A stretch of 64,000 nt of DNA from Bdellovibrionales bacterium (GTDB lineage Bacteria > Bdellovibrionota > Bdellovibrionia > Bdellovibrionales > UBA1609), in the NCBI GenBank assembly GCA_965199825.1, contig OZ241329.1, positions 1,056,001-1,120,000 of the forward strand, in the 5' to 3' direction. Under the pieces are notes generated by a model. The model was not told the DNA's origin. It saw only the letters and a list, made by a program, of their open reading frames with translations, and did not search any database. This document shows, piece after piece, positions 47,701-56,799 of the stretch (the stretch's first letter is position 1; each line of letters begins with the position of its first letter). Position numbers and translations under genes: made by a program.

Positions 47701-50135
47701 AAATAAGTTTTGAGTTCGTCGGGTACTAATAAAACTTTATGGTGATAACGTCGAACGTGTTGATCGCCTGCGGTTTCGGCGGCAACAAAATCGAGCTGAT
47801 CAATAAAACTCGGAAACAGCATTCCCTTTAGGTTAGACACACCCTTTTCTAGAATATCCTTAATCTGTTTTATCGCTTTCAAATGATTTCGAATGATTCG
47901 CCAATTATATGAAAAGGGCTGCATCTTTGAATTTTTATCAGGCTGTACTTTAGCATCGTAATAGGACAAAAATTTAAGTCTTTTTGGGCCAATCATTTTA
48001 CCTGGATTAATGGTTCGACCATCAGCCAAATTAATAGCTTGGTAATTCAAATCGTCATAATCGAGGTCGGGTGTTAAATTGAAATAAGCCTGACCATCTT
48101 GATCGTAAATGATTCTATCGTAGAGCTCTTTAATCGAACCTGTTTCAGGCAGCTTAATTGACTCTCTAGGAGTTGCTTTAGCGGTATTCCGCTTTTCGGC
48201 TTCGCCGAAGCCTATAAAAAAAGTGGTTGCCGTGGTCGTTTTCTGTCCTGAGGCATCGGTCAATGCTCGAAAAACGGTAAAATTCGAAGTCGTCTTCAAT
48301 CCGGGAATCAAACCGATATAAGTAATATCTTTGATGTCTCCGTGAAATGAAATCTCGTTAGCTTGAGGTGGAAAGAAATCAGCCGCATCGCTCACGCAAA
48401 TCACATTGGCGGTGGAAGAATTTTTACCATCCAAAAAATTTTTATCCGAAACAGTAACTGTGATCCTGATTTTACCAAAAGCTAAAGTCTCTAGAAGTTC
48501 CTCGGCCCAAACTATATTTGCTTTATAGGGAAGTGCCTCACCAGGAACATATATGTTTGAATTTGTACTCCCAATATATAAACCGGTCTTTTTCTTGGTC
48601 GCATTTTTTTTGTCATTATAGAGTTTGTAGACAATCTTATCGCCAATCGTAGTGGTTTCTAATGGTCTAACGTATTGATGCTGGAGACCCGAAGAATTAC
48701 TTTTGGTTAAATCGATGTGCAAAATTGTATTGTCATAAGATTGAACATATCCCTCGGCCGTCAGCTGCTCCATCTGCGGCGTGATCTCATCAAAAAGAAT
48801 GTTGTCTTCGTCTCCATGGTGAGTACGAAAGCTCAGTTCATTCATCGGATAAAAATAGCTATTTATTTTGATTGGAGGTTCGAGTTGAAAATAATTAGAA
48901 ATATTTCGAAATTTATAGAGGGTAGTAGTTTTTTGATTTGCTGTGGTTTTTTGTGAAATCAAAAGAAGATGCTCAGTTTCCTTCGGCTCAAAGAGAACAA
49001 AGGAGAGTTGATCAAGGTGAATATTTCTATCGAAAGTTAAAATTTTATCAATTTTGCCGCTAACGACAGACACAAAAAAAAGAGAATTGTTAATAGATAT
49101 CAGCGCATGGTTGCTATTGCTGCTTGAGGTAAAAATAAGCGGGGTATTTTCTGTGAAGTGTCGGTCTACGCGACCGGGCATAAGCTCTGATGTGTGATCC
49201 GATTTGACCTCAACGTAGTCATCACCAAAAGGATCGAAATATTGTGTAATTTTGAATTCTTTTAAGCTGAAGATCTTTTCAGAAGGAAGAGTAATGAGCC
49301 TTTTCTTGCCGCTTTTTAAGTCGTATCCGGGCTGAGATTCTCGCGAACTTAACAACGAATTTTGACCTGCTCGAAGATCAGATTTCCATTTTTTTAATAC
49401 CGCAGGGTCTTTGGCGTCTTCTCGAGACAAACTGCGACTGAGTGAATCAGATAGTGCAATCGTACCATGATCTTTTGATTTGACCAGAAGCCGTGAAAGG
49501 GCTGGTGATGATCTAAATGTGTAGTCTAAAACGAGAGGTCTGTTTTCAAGTTCGATATTTGGATCTGAAGTAATTTTAGGATATTTGAGATTAACAAAAA
49601 AAGTAAGACCATCTCCGCGAATCGATGGATAACGCAGCGAAAAAATAAGAACATGATTATTTTCATTTTCTATTTTGCTTACCGAATACGAAACGTCATC
49701 AAGATTTCTTATCGCCGGAACTTCAACATCCTCGTTGGTGACTGGATCAAATAATTTCACTCCATCATGGGGACTTAGCTGTATAAATGTTTTTGGATCA
49801 GCAGGATTGGTATAGACCGAATAAAAAGTGAGATATCCATCTAAGATTGCCAACGAGTCATATCGTGCAGAGGCTTCGCCGAGCTGAAACTCATCAAAAA
49901 TAGGACCTCTAAAACGATCAATTAAAAGTTGACCAAACAAAATGGGTTGATATGAAGTACTGTCTTTAGCTCGGACATAGAGTCCCGCCTGCCGTTGAGA
50001 CGATCCGTCTGGATCAGACACAACAGCGAGGTAAGGCGTTGCTCCCACTTGATTGGAGTGAATCACTTCCTCGCGAGTTTGTGCCAACAATTGAGATGTG
50101 CTCAACAATAAAAGAGATGTAAGAAGCCCTTTCAA
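44784..50135 (-). CDS. 1783-aa signal-peptide protein with Clp/Hsp100-like AAA+ module
   Basis: Walker A LFGETGTGKT, Walker B WILIDD, FPSRNIVLFLTFN (Clp NBD2-like); upstream degenerate NBD1-like segment; N-terminus MKGLLTSLLLLSTSQLLA. Confidence 0.75.
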   Translation of the reverse strand: MKGLLTSLLLLSTSQLLAQTREEVIHSNQVGATPYLAVVSDPDGSSQRQAGLYVRAKDSTSYQPILFGQLLIDRFRGPIFDEFQLGEASARYDSLAILDGYLTFYSVYTNPADPKTFIQLSPHDGVKLFDPVTNEDVEVPAIRNLDDVSYSVSKIENENNHVLIFSLRYPSIRGDGLTFFVNLKYPKITSDPNIELENRPLVLDYTFRSSPALSRLLVKSKDHGTIALSDSLSRSLSREDAKDPAVLKKWKSDLRAGQNSLLSSRESQPGYDLKSGKKRLITLPSEKIFSLKEFKITQYFDPFGDDYVEVKSDHTSELMPGRVDRHFTENTPLIFTSSSNSNHALISINNSLFFVSVVSGKIDKILTFDRNIHLDQLSFVLFEPKETEHLLLISQKTTANQKTTTLYKFRNISNYFQLEPPIKINSYFYPMNELSFRTHHGDEDNILFDEITPQMEQLTAEGYVQSYDNTILHIDLTKSNSSGLQHQYVRPLETTTIGDKIVYKLYNDKKNATKKKTGLYIGSTNSNIYVPGEALPYKANIVWAEELLETLAFGKIRITVTVSDKNFLDGKNSSTANVICVSDAADFFPPQANEISFHGDIKDITYIGLIPGLKTTSNFTVFRALTDASGQKTTTATTFFIGFGEAEKRNTAKATPRESIKLPETGSIKELYDRIIYDQDGQAYFNLTPDLDYDDLNYQAINLADGRTINPGKMIGPKRLKFLSYYDAKVQPDKNSKMQPFSYNWRIIRNHLKAIKQIKDILEKGVSNLKGMLFPSFIDQLDFVAAETAGDQHVRRYHHKVLLVPDELKTYFSKMLWSHYLQSKGERNIFGRRNRDIETFVFRNTDPSDQADLIQLLNGIEDEAPRKNAILLVDAADLIAMNRISSGENDSSTVFHINDDQYSDDAKAEKVFSGAHGESSKTPPHALYWVATEGRRIDIEKFATQAQPQLYSTIILASESEWANLIKEQARLESSYGLVSHFELVTITAPNIEAQQGLIKEIFNSREVQRRDYTFSAKSIRSDDASLTQLEAQDSVTDYLISRVNSLSTDQNKNHLMALADVLHKMRLTLLQDDQTRNRKLIDRIFIEKVLAQVFGGSLQRENLAPDDWLNHLFSKEILLDVHNIGEYAGDFTLTRQVIETIKGQTRRIEARNIPASVVLFGETGTGKTSMFTSLVKTLGLQMYDWTQELGSSNNLSAQAFILQVTKLTDSESGNGLINVDKALARFEDALSGPNGNRMWILIDDAQGPNPKVRTKVLQRVRQLFDAEGGIVKVNNSKGEIVEFPSRNIVLFLTFNPTDNKKKIEQFKNSTYGAATPVEIAVASLGGEDAASTDKSFFTRWTLIKNMDEFPAEAKGPALTGAMVRQARDIFAQGQLLLVSNESVQKIVDEFQGMDARTFLSGAAGGIAALIDRAGSTNAPPLRIVVPATSANNSHLGGSKSANVSGEQGIIDFIAANSAVVPVVESIEGQLQFLKLVAQSFRTKIYEEFARALRFHPFFSGDEIRQSNLLAWSEQAIYDHVVRLHSNIPLSQINLDPLHFGAHSELERKDLLNRIYEIAPRESYFPKIFSSYDFNQYLSLWDSSYVSSQKRTRSQLNSLYVEKVKDLLAVYLTERFQLGSLKSFPADDIWARSMSAQKTDRTKDIFRKLAELLQSYLIETQSESIAEKQTGANVESLGVYDANRMFLWIIDRAIVTLPWSNLNEFVIKALSTSAQNMVIGQLSGLQDFLFEDRNSLLRPRTIDLLDQMLITSDSRKALSNEAMERVNTRFNDSCEKMLIVHGG

Positions 50136-50144
50136 AATTTCCCC

Positions 50145-52547
50145 TTATTGTGTTGGTTTTCGATCTTTGAGTTGACGTTTTATCACTTCATTTTGTGAGA
50201 AAATTCCGAGAGCCTCCTCCGCACAATGCGGGCAATAGCCACGGCGGAGCAAACCAGACATTATTTTTCCGTAGACAACAGTATCTTGGCTGTCACCAAC
50301 ACCGCCCTTATAGCGTTGAACAACATCCATCAACTCTGAGGACTCACTCGCTTGTTGAGCGAAAACAGCTTGGATCGCAGTTAGCAGCGGTTGATAGTAA
50401 GTCGACTCAACGGTCCGTCCTGGCAGAGTCAATGCAAATTGGGCCATTGCAAGAGTGTTGATATCAAGTCGTTCTGAATGAATTTCTAGATATTTTTGTC
50501 TGATTTTTTCTAGCCTTAAAATTCGTATTGGCTTTCTTTGCTGAGTCAACGGGTCGAGATATTCGGTAGCCGAGGGATCAGCACCAAGCGCACTGATCTC
50601 AAGAGTTGTTTCGTCATAAGCTCTTTTTATTAAAGACTCTTCACTTGCTGCACTCGCCAAAACATCGTTCTCAATTTTCGGAATCGTAAGTCGTGACGAG
50701 ACCAAATTGGAATAGTGAATCCAAAGCTGACGGGTCTTTTCATCATTGCCGTACTCAAGTTTTTTACCGTCTGAGAGCATCATCTTAAAAGTGTCCTTCG
50801 CAATTTTTATTGTGAGATCATGATGATTCTCGGGGGCTCTGGCTGCCGCAACACAAGCTGCTAACCACCCACTGACATCTCGCTGCGAAAGGCCGTGATT
50901 GCCGTCCTGTAAAAGTAAACTGAGCTCATTGAGTTCTTTTTCTTCGATGCTGTTTTCAATTGGCATTTCACCGGTTAAATAACGAGATCGAGTGATGGGA
51001 TCTCTAAAAAGTGCAGAGTTAATCACACTGGAGTTTTGTTTTTTTGAAGCTTCTTCGTTGCTAAAATTTTGGCGAGTAATACTCACCACCGTGGACATAA
51101 ACAAAAGTGCCCTTGGGCTGACGTGGATTCGATCTTCTCCTTCATCAAGATAAAGACTATAGCGATCTTCGGTTCCAAGAATAGGTTTGTCGGCCTCAAT
51201 CAATGGAAAAATTTGATTCAAATCAGCCTTTACGATTTTGTTTTCACCCGTGAGCGGTTGAACAAACACACTTTTAAACATCAGCAACATTGTTTTTGCG
51301 ATCTGATGAGGTTGTATCAGCCAATAAAATGGAATCAGCTGAAATCGATCGCGATGAGCGTGACCTTTTGAATCAGACATAGCGGCGTCAAAATTTGCGG
51401 TATTTGTGGCCATAATCATTAATAAATCAAGAGGCCACGCGGGTGCTGCGCCGATTTTAATTTCACGGGACTCAAGACTTCTCAAAAACATATCCCTTAA
51501 GGCGTCGGCGTTCCGTAAAAATTCATCCCCAAACCAGGGGCCGCCGTTTGAAGCAGGGATCTGACCCATAAAATATGAAAATGGCATCTCGGGGCCATAG
51601 GTAAGAAAAATAGCAGGATTTTTGCTCGCAAAGATCGCTCCCTGATCATAGTCGCGACCTTGAGCATCGAAAATATTGTTATTGTTTTCTCCAAAAAATT
51701 TACGGCGGAGAACAATATGCCGACCGAGAGTCTCAACAATTTCTGCAACGGTAAGATCGCTCTTCTTTTTTAATTGCTCGCTTGCCATTAACTTTTCGTA
51801 GATAAACAAATTTTGTGGATCAGGTTTGAGGAGAGGTTTCGGATTAGATCCGGCGAGGCGCATCACTTCGGGTGCTGCCATCTCTATGATTTTGGATCGA
51901 ATAGCGTCTGGCAGCATCACCAAGGGGGATTGATGAAGACCGGCGCGAACAACTTCACCTTCTTGAATGAATTCAAGTCCTGGTATTGCATGCAAATTAT
52001 GCCACTCGGGCTCATAGAAAGCGTAACCGGGGAGATTAAAACTCGCATATTTTAAAGCGGCTTGTAGGATTGTGAGGATTAGCGTTTTTCCGGTTCCGTG
52101 CGGTCCTAAAAACATTGCAACCCGCGGTGCACCTCGCACTGAATCTTTGATTGATTCCACAAATTCTGCGATGCGATCCTCTTGACCCACGATGGATTGG
52201 TAATCATTAAGGACACTCGGTGTAGAAAATAGATTATAGACTTTGAGTCGACCTTTGCCGCGAATATTTTTATATTCCCAGCCGGCGTAATTGATCACAC
52301 TCATCACACGCTGAGCGGCGCTCATTGCGAGCATTGGATTTTGAACAACTAAATTTTGTTTGGGATCACTTGCGAAGAGCTCAATAAAACTTCTTTTTTC
52401 AAACTTCGCGATCAGGTAAGAATCATGGCCGCTAAAATCGCCAAGGATTGTTTCGCAGTCCTGAGCCTCGGCGGTAAAACCAAATATGAAACAAGACAGT
52501 GCAATACCCAACCGAACTAAAATTCCCCCCACGTCAATTCCCCCCAA
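50145..52547 (-). CDS. prkA: PrkA/YeaG family AAA+ protein (annotated Ser kinase family) with signal peptide
   Basis: SAAQRV, FLGPHGTGKT, GQIPASNGG..GDEF, PLDLLMIMATN, HRDR, HVSPRAL, GLSQR, terminal GYCPHCAEEAL; N-terminus RLGIALSCFIFGFTAEA; exact start uncertain. Confidence 0.82.
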   Translation of the reverse strand: MGGIDVGGILVRLGIALSCFIFGFTAEAQDCETILGDFSGHDSYLIAKFEKRSFIELFASDPKQNLVVQNPMLAMSAAQRVMSVINYAGWEYKNIRGKGRLKVYNLFSTPSVLNDYQSIVGQEDRIAEFVESIKDSVRGAPRVAMFLGPHGTGKTLILTILQAALKYASFNLPGYAFYEPEWHNLHAIPGLEFIQEGEVVRAGLHQSPLVMLPDAIRSKIIEMAAPEVMRLAGSNPKPLLKPDPQNLFIYEKLMASEQLKKKSDLTVAEIVETLGRHIVLRRKFFGENNNNIFDAQGRDYDQGAIFASKNPAIFLTYGPEMPFSYFMGQIPASNGGPWFGDEFLRNADALRDMFLRSLESREIKIGAAPAWPLDLLMIMATNTANFDAAMSDSKGHAHRDRFQLIPFYWLIQPHQIAKTMLLMFKSVFVQPLTGENKIVKADLNQIFPLIEADKPILGTEDRYSLYLDEGEDRIHVSPRALLFMSTVVSITRQNFSNEEASKKQNSSVINSALFRDPITRSRYLTGEMPIENSIEEKELNELSLLLQDGNHGLSQRDVSGWLAACVAAARAPENHHDLTIKIAKDTFKMMLSDGKKLEYGNDEKTRQLWIHYSNLVSSRLTIPKIENDVLASAASEESLIKRAYDETTLEISALGADPSATEYLDPLTQQRKPIRILRLEKIRQKYLEIHSERLDINTLAMAQFALTLPGRTVESTYYQPLLTAIQAVFAQQASESSELMDVVQRYKGGVGDSQDTVVYGKIMSGLLRRGYCPHCAEEALGIFSQNEVIKRQLKDRKPTQ

Positions 52548-53104
52548 CGTTTTGGACCTTTATGTATGTACGAAGTTTGAAACGGTAGAAAGCAAGATCA
52601 CAACTGTCAAAACGCAAATTCGAGAAATTTAAAATAAAAACTAAAACGATTATTTATTAAGCAGCTTCGAGCATTTTAGTTCGATGTGCTATTGCGCAAT
52701 GTTTTGGGAATTATAAAAAATTAATTATTAAATGCGTTGAGCCTGAGATGAAGATGTCAAAGCCACAGTCCGACACGATTTTGAGCTGTGTATATGATGT
52801 GCTTCAAAAGCGAACAGGATGTTTTTTGTAAACGTCAATTTTTACAATCCGAATTCGAAGCCCTCTAAATTTTTGTGCAAGACATTCAATTAAGATCATA
52901 TTTTATTTAAAACTGGTTTAACCACAATGACGCTTTAACTGCAGATCGATGGAAAATGAAACGAGTCGGGTGTTACGGTTTTAGAACTTGATCCGCTTGC
53001 ACTTTAGGCTGCAATAATCACAATTCGACCAAATAGATATTATTGAAATTGAGCTTGAATGCCGCCTATTGAAATAGTTGGCTTGGGCATATAAAAGAGA
53101 TCAC

Positions 53105-55606
53105 ATGACTTCAGCCGCTCTAGCCGAATTTATCGAAAGATCATCCAAAATTATTCAACAGGCTTGGCTCAAAGATGTCCACGAACAAATTCCTCTCAGT
53201 CGTTCGTTTGAAGATGTCGTGGTCATTGATTCGTTGCCAAAATATCTAAACGAAGCAGCTGATATTTTGCGTTCGGGCCCTGACAAAAATCCATTGGATC
53301 AAGCCATCCAGACCGCGCGAGAGCATGGGACAACTCGAACACGGCTCGGCTATGCCTTACGAGATGTGGCTGTGGAATACTCAATCCTGCGTGAAGCTAT
53401 CGTAACCGAAGCCTCTAAAGAATCTAAATTACCAACAGATGTTCTGGCTGACCTTTGCCGGATTAGTGATTCGGGCCTGATCAATGCGGTCGAAGAATTT
53501 CTTGAACGCACGGTGGTCCAAGAACAACGGCATGCGCGGCTAGCTGCCGAAAGGTCCGCCGATGCAGTGATGCATGAGCGTAAGAATTTTGAAATCTTAT
53601 TCCAACAGACTCCTGAAATGGTTTGTATGTTCGATGGGCCAAGCCATCGTTTTGAGTTTGTAAACGAAGCCCAAAATAAATTTTTAGGGTTTGATGCAAA
53701 AGGAATGTCCATTCGTGAGGCCCAACCCGAATCAATCGAAATGCACTCGATTCTCGACGAAGTTTTTCGTACTGGTAAAACCGCCGAGCTTTTTGAAATG
53801 CCAATTACGGTTGGCGATCGTCGGCGTTATTTTAATCTTACCTATAGTGCTCGCTACAATTTAGAACAACAAATTGACGGCATTATGTCGCTCGGTAACG
53901 AAGTGACCGAAGTCGTCTTAAATCGCGAAACCTTACGGCTGCAAGGCCGCGCCCTCGAGCTTTCAATGGCGGATGCTCCACTCACCCAAGTTCTTGAAGT
54001 GATGACTATGATGGTTGAACTCCAAGCGGGTGGAAGTTTGATTGCTTCAGTTCTTTTAGCAGATGCTGAACAAAAACATCTTCTCCATGGAGCCGCACCT
54101 GGACTTCCTAAAGAGTACAATCAGGCTATTAATGGAATTAAAATTGGAATGGACATCGGCTCATGTGGGACTGCCGCCTTTACTCGTAAAAAAATTGTTG
54201 TAACCAATATTGCAACCGATCCTCTTTGGCATGAGTTTAAAACTATAGCTGCTCAATATAATTTGAGTGCATGTTGGTCGATTCCAATTCTTTCTTCTCG
54301 AGGTCAATTGCTTGGAACATTTGTGTTCTATTCAAAAACTCCACGCGCACCCACTGAACGTGAAATTGAGATCGTAAATGTTGCCGCCCAAACGACCGCA
54401 CTCATTATTGAGAGACGGCTTGAAATGGAACAAAGAATCGCCGCCGGCATAGAGGCCGAGAGGGCAAATAATGCGAAGTCTGCGTTTTTGGCGAATATGA
54501 GTCATGAGATTCGAACTCCACTTGGAGCGATCATGGGATTTTCAGAATTGGCACGACAGCCCGAAGCAACTCGTGACGATATCGCATCACACTTGTCTGT
54601 GGTTGAACGTAATTCGGCTCAAGTCTTACGGATTATCGACGATATTTTAGATCTTGCAAAAGTTGAGGCGGGTCGAGTGGATCTTGAAAATATCGAGATT
54701 TCGCTTATGCAATTTTTGGCCGATTTTGTTTTATTGATTTCGATTCGTGCACGAGAAAATGGAATTGATTTTGATATTCACGCTAAGACGAGTTTGCCCG
54801 AGTATATAAAAACAGATCCAACGCGACTGCGACAGATCCTTACAAACTCGGTGGGCAACGCCATAAAATTTACGAGCGATGGGAGTGTTGTCTTAGAGGT
54901 CTCATTTGAAAAAGAAATCTTGAGCTTTAAAATCATTGATACTGGTCGTGGCATTTCAAAAGAGCAGGCCACCTCACTCTTTCAACCCTTTGTTCAGGCC
55001 GATGTTTCTACCACTCGAAAATTTGGCGGCACTGGTCTCGGCCTTGTTTTGACAAAGCGATTATGTCAGCTCATGGGCGGGAATTATGTTCTTGAATCCA
55101 GCGAACTTGGTGTGGGCTCAAAGTTTGTGGCTTCGATTCATACTGAGATTCCGCCAAATTCAAAATTTATCGAGCAATTCGAAATTGTGTTTAAAGTTAA
55201 AATTCCATCGACTGCCGCAATTGTGCATGATCGTCTTGATGGAGTGCGTGTTTTATTGGTTGAAGATTCACCTGACAATCAAGCACTCGTTCGCATGATT
55301 TTAGAAAAACAAGGAGCGTCTGTTGATATTGTTTCGGACGGCTATGCTGGAGTCGAAAAAGCGTTCTCAGGAAAATACGATGTGGTGTTGATGGATATTC
55401 AAATGCCCCGAATGGATGGTCATGAGGCCGTTAGAATTTTGCGCGGAAAACGCTATGATCGACCTGTGATTGCACTCACCGCACATGCTATGGCCGAAGA
55501 GGTGAAGCGCGCATTAGAATCTGGCTTTACTAGTTTTTTATCAAAACCCATTCACCGCGAAGATCTTATTGCCAAAGTTCAGCAGCTTTCGATTCTCTCG
55601 CATTAA
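53105..55606 (+). CDS. Cytoplasmic hybrid histidine kinase (RsbRD_N-like, PAS, GAF, HisKA, HATPase, REC)
   Basis: HG..R..LGY....V..EYSILR N-domain, [32 protein letters not shown] (ORF opens at 53078). Confidence 0.9.
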   Translation: MTSAALAEFIERSSKIIQQAWLKDVHEQIPLSRSFEDVVVIDSLPKYLNEAADILRSGPDKNPLDQAIQTAREHGTTRTRLGYALRDVAVEYSILREAIVTEASKESKLPTDVLADLCRISDSGLINAVEEFLERTVVQEQRHARLAAERSADAVMHERKNFEILFQQTPEMVCMFDGPSHRFEFVNEAQNKFLGFDAKGMSIREAQPESIEMHSILDEVFRTGKTAELFEMPITVGDRRRYFNLTYSARYNLEQQIDGIMSLGNEVTEVVLNRETLRLQGRALELSMADAPLTQVLEVMTMMVELQAGGSLIASVLLADAEQKHLLHGAAPGLPKEYNQAINGIKIGMDIGSCGTAAFTRKKIVVTNIATDPLWHEFKTIAAQYNLSACWSIPILSSRGQLLGTFVFYSKTPRAPTEREIEIVNVAAQTTALIIERRLEMEQRIAAGIEAERANNAKSAFLANMSHEIRTPLGAIMGFSELARQPEATRDDIASHLSVVERNSAQVLRIIDDILDLAKVEAGRVDLENIEISLMQFLADFVLLISIRARENGIDFDIHAKTSLPEYIKTDPTRLRQILTNSVGNAIKFTSDGSVVLEVSFEKEILSFKIIDTGRGISKEQATSLFQPFVQADVSTTRKFGGTGLGLVLTKRLCQLMGGNYVLESSELGVGSKFVASIHTEIPPNSKFIEQFEIVFKVKIPSTAAIVHDRLDGVRVLLVEDSPDNQALVRMILEKQGASVDIVSDGYAGVEKAFSGKYDVVLMDIQMPRMDGHEAVRILRGKRYDRPVIALTAHAMAEEVKRALESGFTSFLSKPIHREDLIAKVQQLSILSH

Positions 55607-55615
55607 GGTCTAACG

Positions 55616-56530
55616 ATGATTCCTGTTATTCTTATTCCTGTTTGTAGTGTGCTCTCTTTGTTTCCGTTTGTTAGCGCAGCGGAAGCTTTGCTTGCTGGCG
55701 TGTTGATTTCATTTTTTTTTAAAAATCCATATCCGACCCAAGTCTACACCCATCGATTGCTCACATTCTCGGTGATGGGTCTTGGCGCGGGCATGAATCT
55801 TAAAACCGTACTAGAAGTCGGTGCCCATGGTCTTGGTTACACTTTTTTAAGTATCGCTTTTGTATTTGGCTTAGGTTTTATTTTGCAGAAAATAATCAAG
55901 ACAGATCCAGAGTCGGGGCTCTTGATCACGGTCGGCACCGCAATTTGCGGTGGCAGCGCGATTGCGGCGATCACACCCATCATCAAAGCAAAGCCGCACT
56001 CAGTGAGTGTTTCGTTGGGGACAGTTTTTATTTTAAATGCTTTAGCTCTTTTGATTTTTCCGGCGATAGGACATCATTTTCAGATGTCTGAAAAATCTTT
56101 TGGTTTGTGGAGCGCTCTGGCGATTCACGATACAAGCTCTGTGGTCGGTGCAACCGTGTCCTATGGTAAGATTGCGGCAGAAGTTGGAACGACCGTCAAA
56201 CTTGCGCGGGCATTGTGGATTGTGCCATTGGCAGTGATCATTGGATTTGCCAAAAAAAGCGAAAGCAAATCAAAAAAGCCTTGGTTTATTCTTGGCTTTT
56301 TATCTACAGCAGCCCTTGTGACCTGGGTTCCTCAGCTTCAAGAGGCGGGGCATTTTGTTGAATTCGTAGCTAAGCGGGTTTTGGTGTTGACCTTATTTTT
56401 TATTGGGCTTGGACTATCGCAAGAAACACTTAAGAAAGTTGGGTTTAAGCCATTGGTTTTAGGATTAACTCTTTGGATCGTTGTTGCGACTTGTACTTTC
56501 TTGAGCATTAACTACGGAATTATCGAATAA
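55616..56530 (+). CDS. YeiH / putative sulfate exporter family membrane protein
   Basis: GTAICGGSAIAA, AIHDTSSVVGA, TTVKLARALWI. Confidence 0.9.
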   Translation: MIPVILIPVCSVLSLFPFVSAAEALLAGVLISFFFKNPYPTQVYTHRLLTFSVMGLGAGMNLKTVLEVGAHGLGYTFLSIAFVFGLGFILQKIIKTDPESGLLITVGTAICGGSAIAAITPIIKAKPHSVSVSLGTVFILNALALLIFPAIGHHFQMSEKSFGLWSALAIHDTSSVVGATVSYGKIAAEVGTTVKLARALWIVPLAVIIGFAKKSESKSKKPWFILGFLSTAALVTWVPQLQEAGHFVEFVAKRVLVLTLFFIGLGLSQETLKKVGFKPLVLGLTLWIVVATCTFLSINYGIIE

Positions 56531-56560
56531 AATAGTTTCTATTTATATAAGAGCCGGTTA

Positions 56561-56688
56561 GACTTTAGTCAGATCTTACAATCTTTGGCGCAAAGTTAAA
56601 CTTAAGAAATCAAAGTGTTTTTTGTTTTAACCAAAAACATTTTTTCTTATACAAAGGCCTCAAATCATAGTGACGACTAAAGTCATCA
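56561..56688. promoter_or_regulatory. Two GACT-WW-AGTC palindromic boxes, candidate XRE operator
   Basis: GACTTTAGTC at 56561-56570 and TGACGACTAAAGTCATCA at 56671-56688, upstream of the REC-XRE operon. Confidence 0.5.
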
Positions 56689-56799
56689 AAATGAAAATTC
56701 AGTAATTTTTGGTCAAAAAAATTTGACACGAAATGTGTTCGATCCGCTTGCAAAAAGATTTATGCTGGAGAAAGAATGTACTATCTTAGGGAGAAATGA

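Noticed and set aside
44784..50135. Calling the giant ATPase clpB or T6SS clpV
   Set aside because: It has no Clp N-domain and no intact NBD1 P-loop, there are no T6SS genes nearby, and it has a signal-like leader.
52560..53070. ncRNA or hidden gene in the AT-rich gap between prkA and the kinase
   Set aside because: No convincing ORF or stable structure was seen, and it is best explained as a divergent promoter region.
12640..55050. Similar DNA among the hybrid kinases ([19 protein letters not shown])
   Set aside because: This is explained by conserved HisKA/HATPase protein motifs, not a DNA repeat family.
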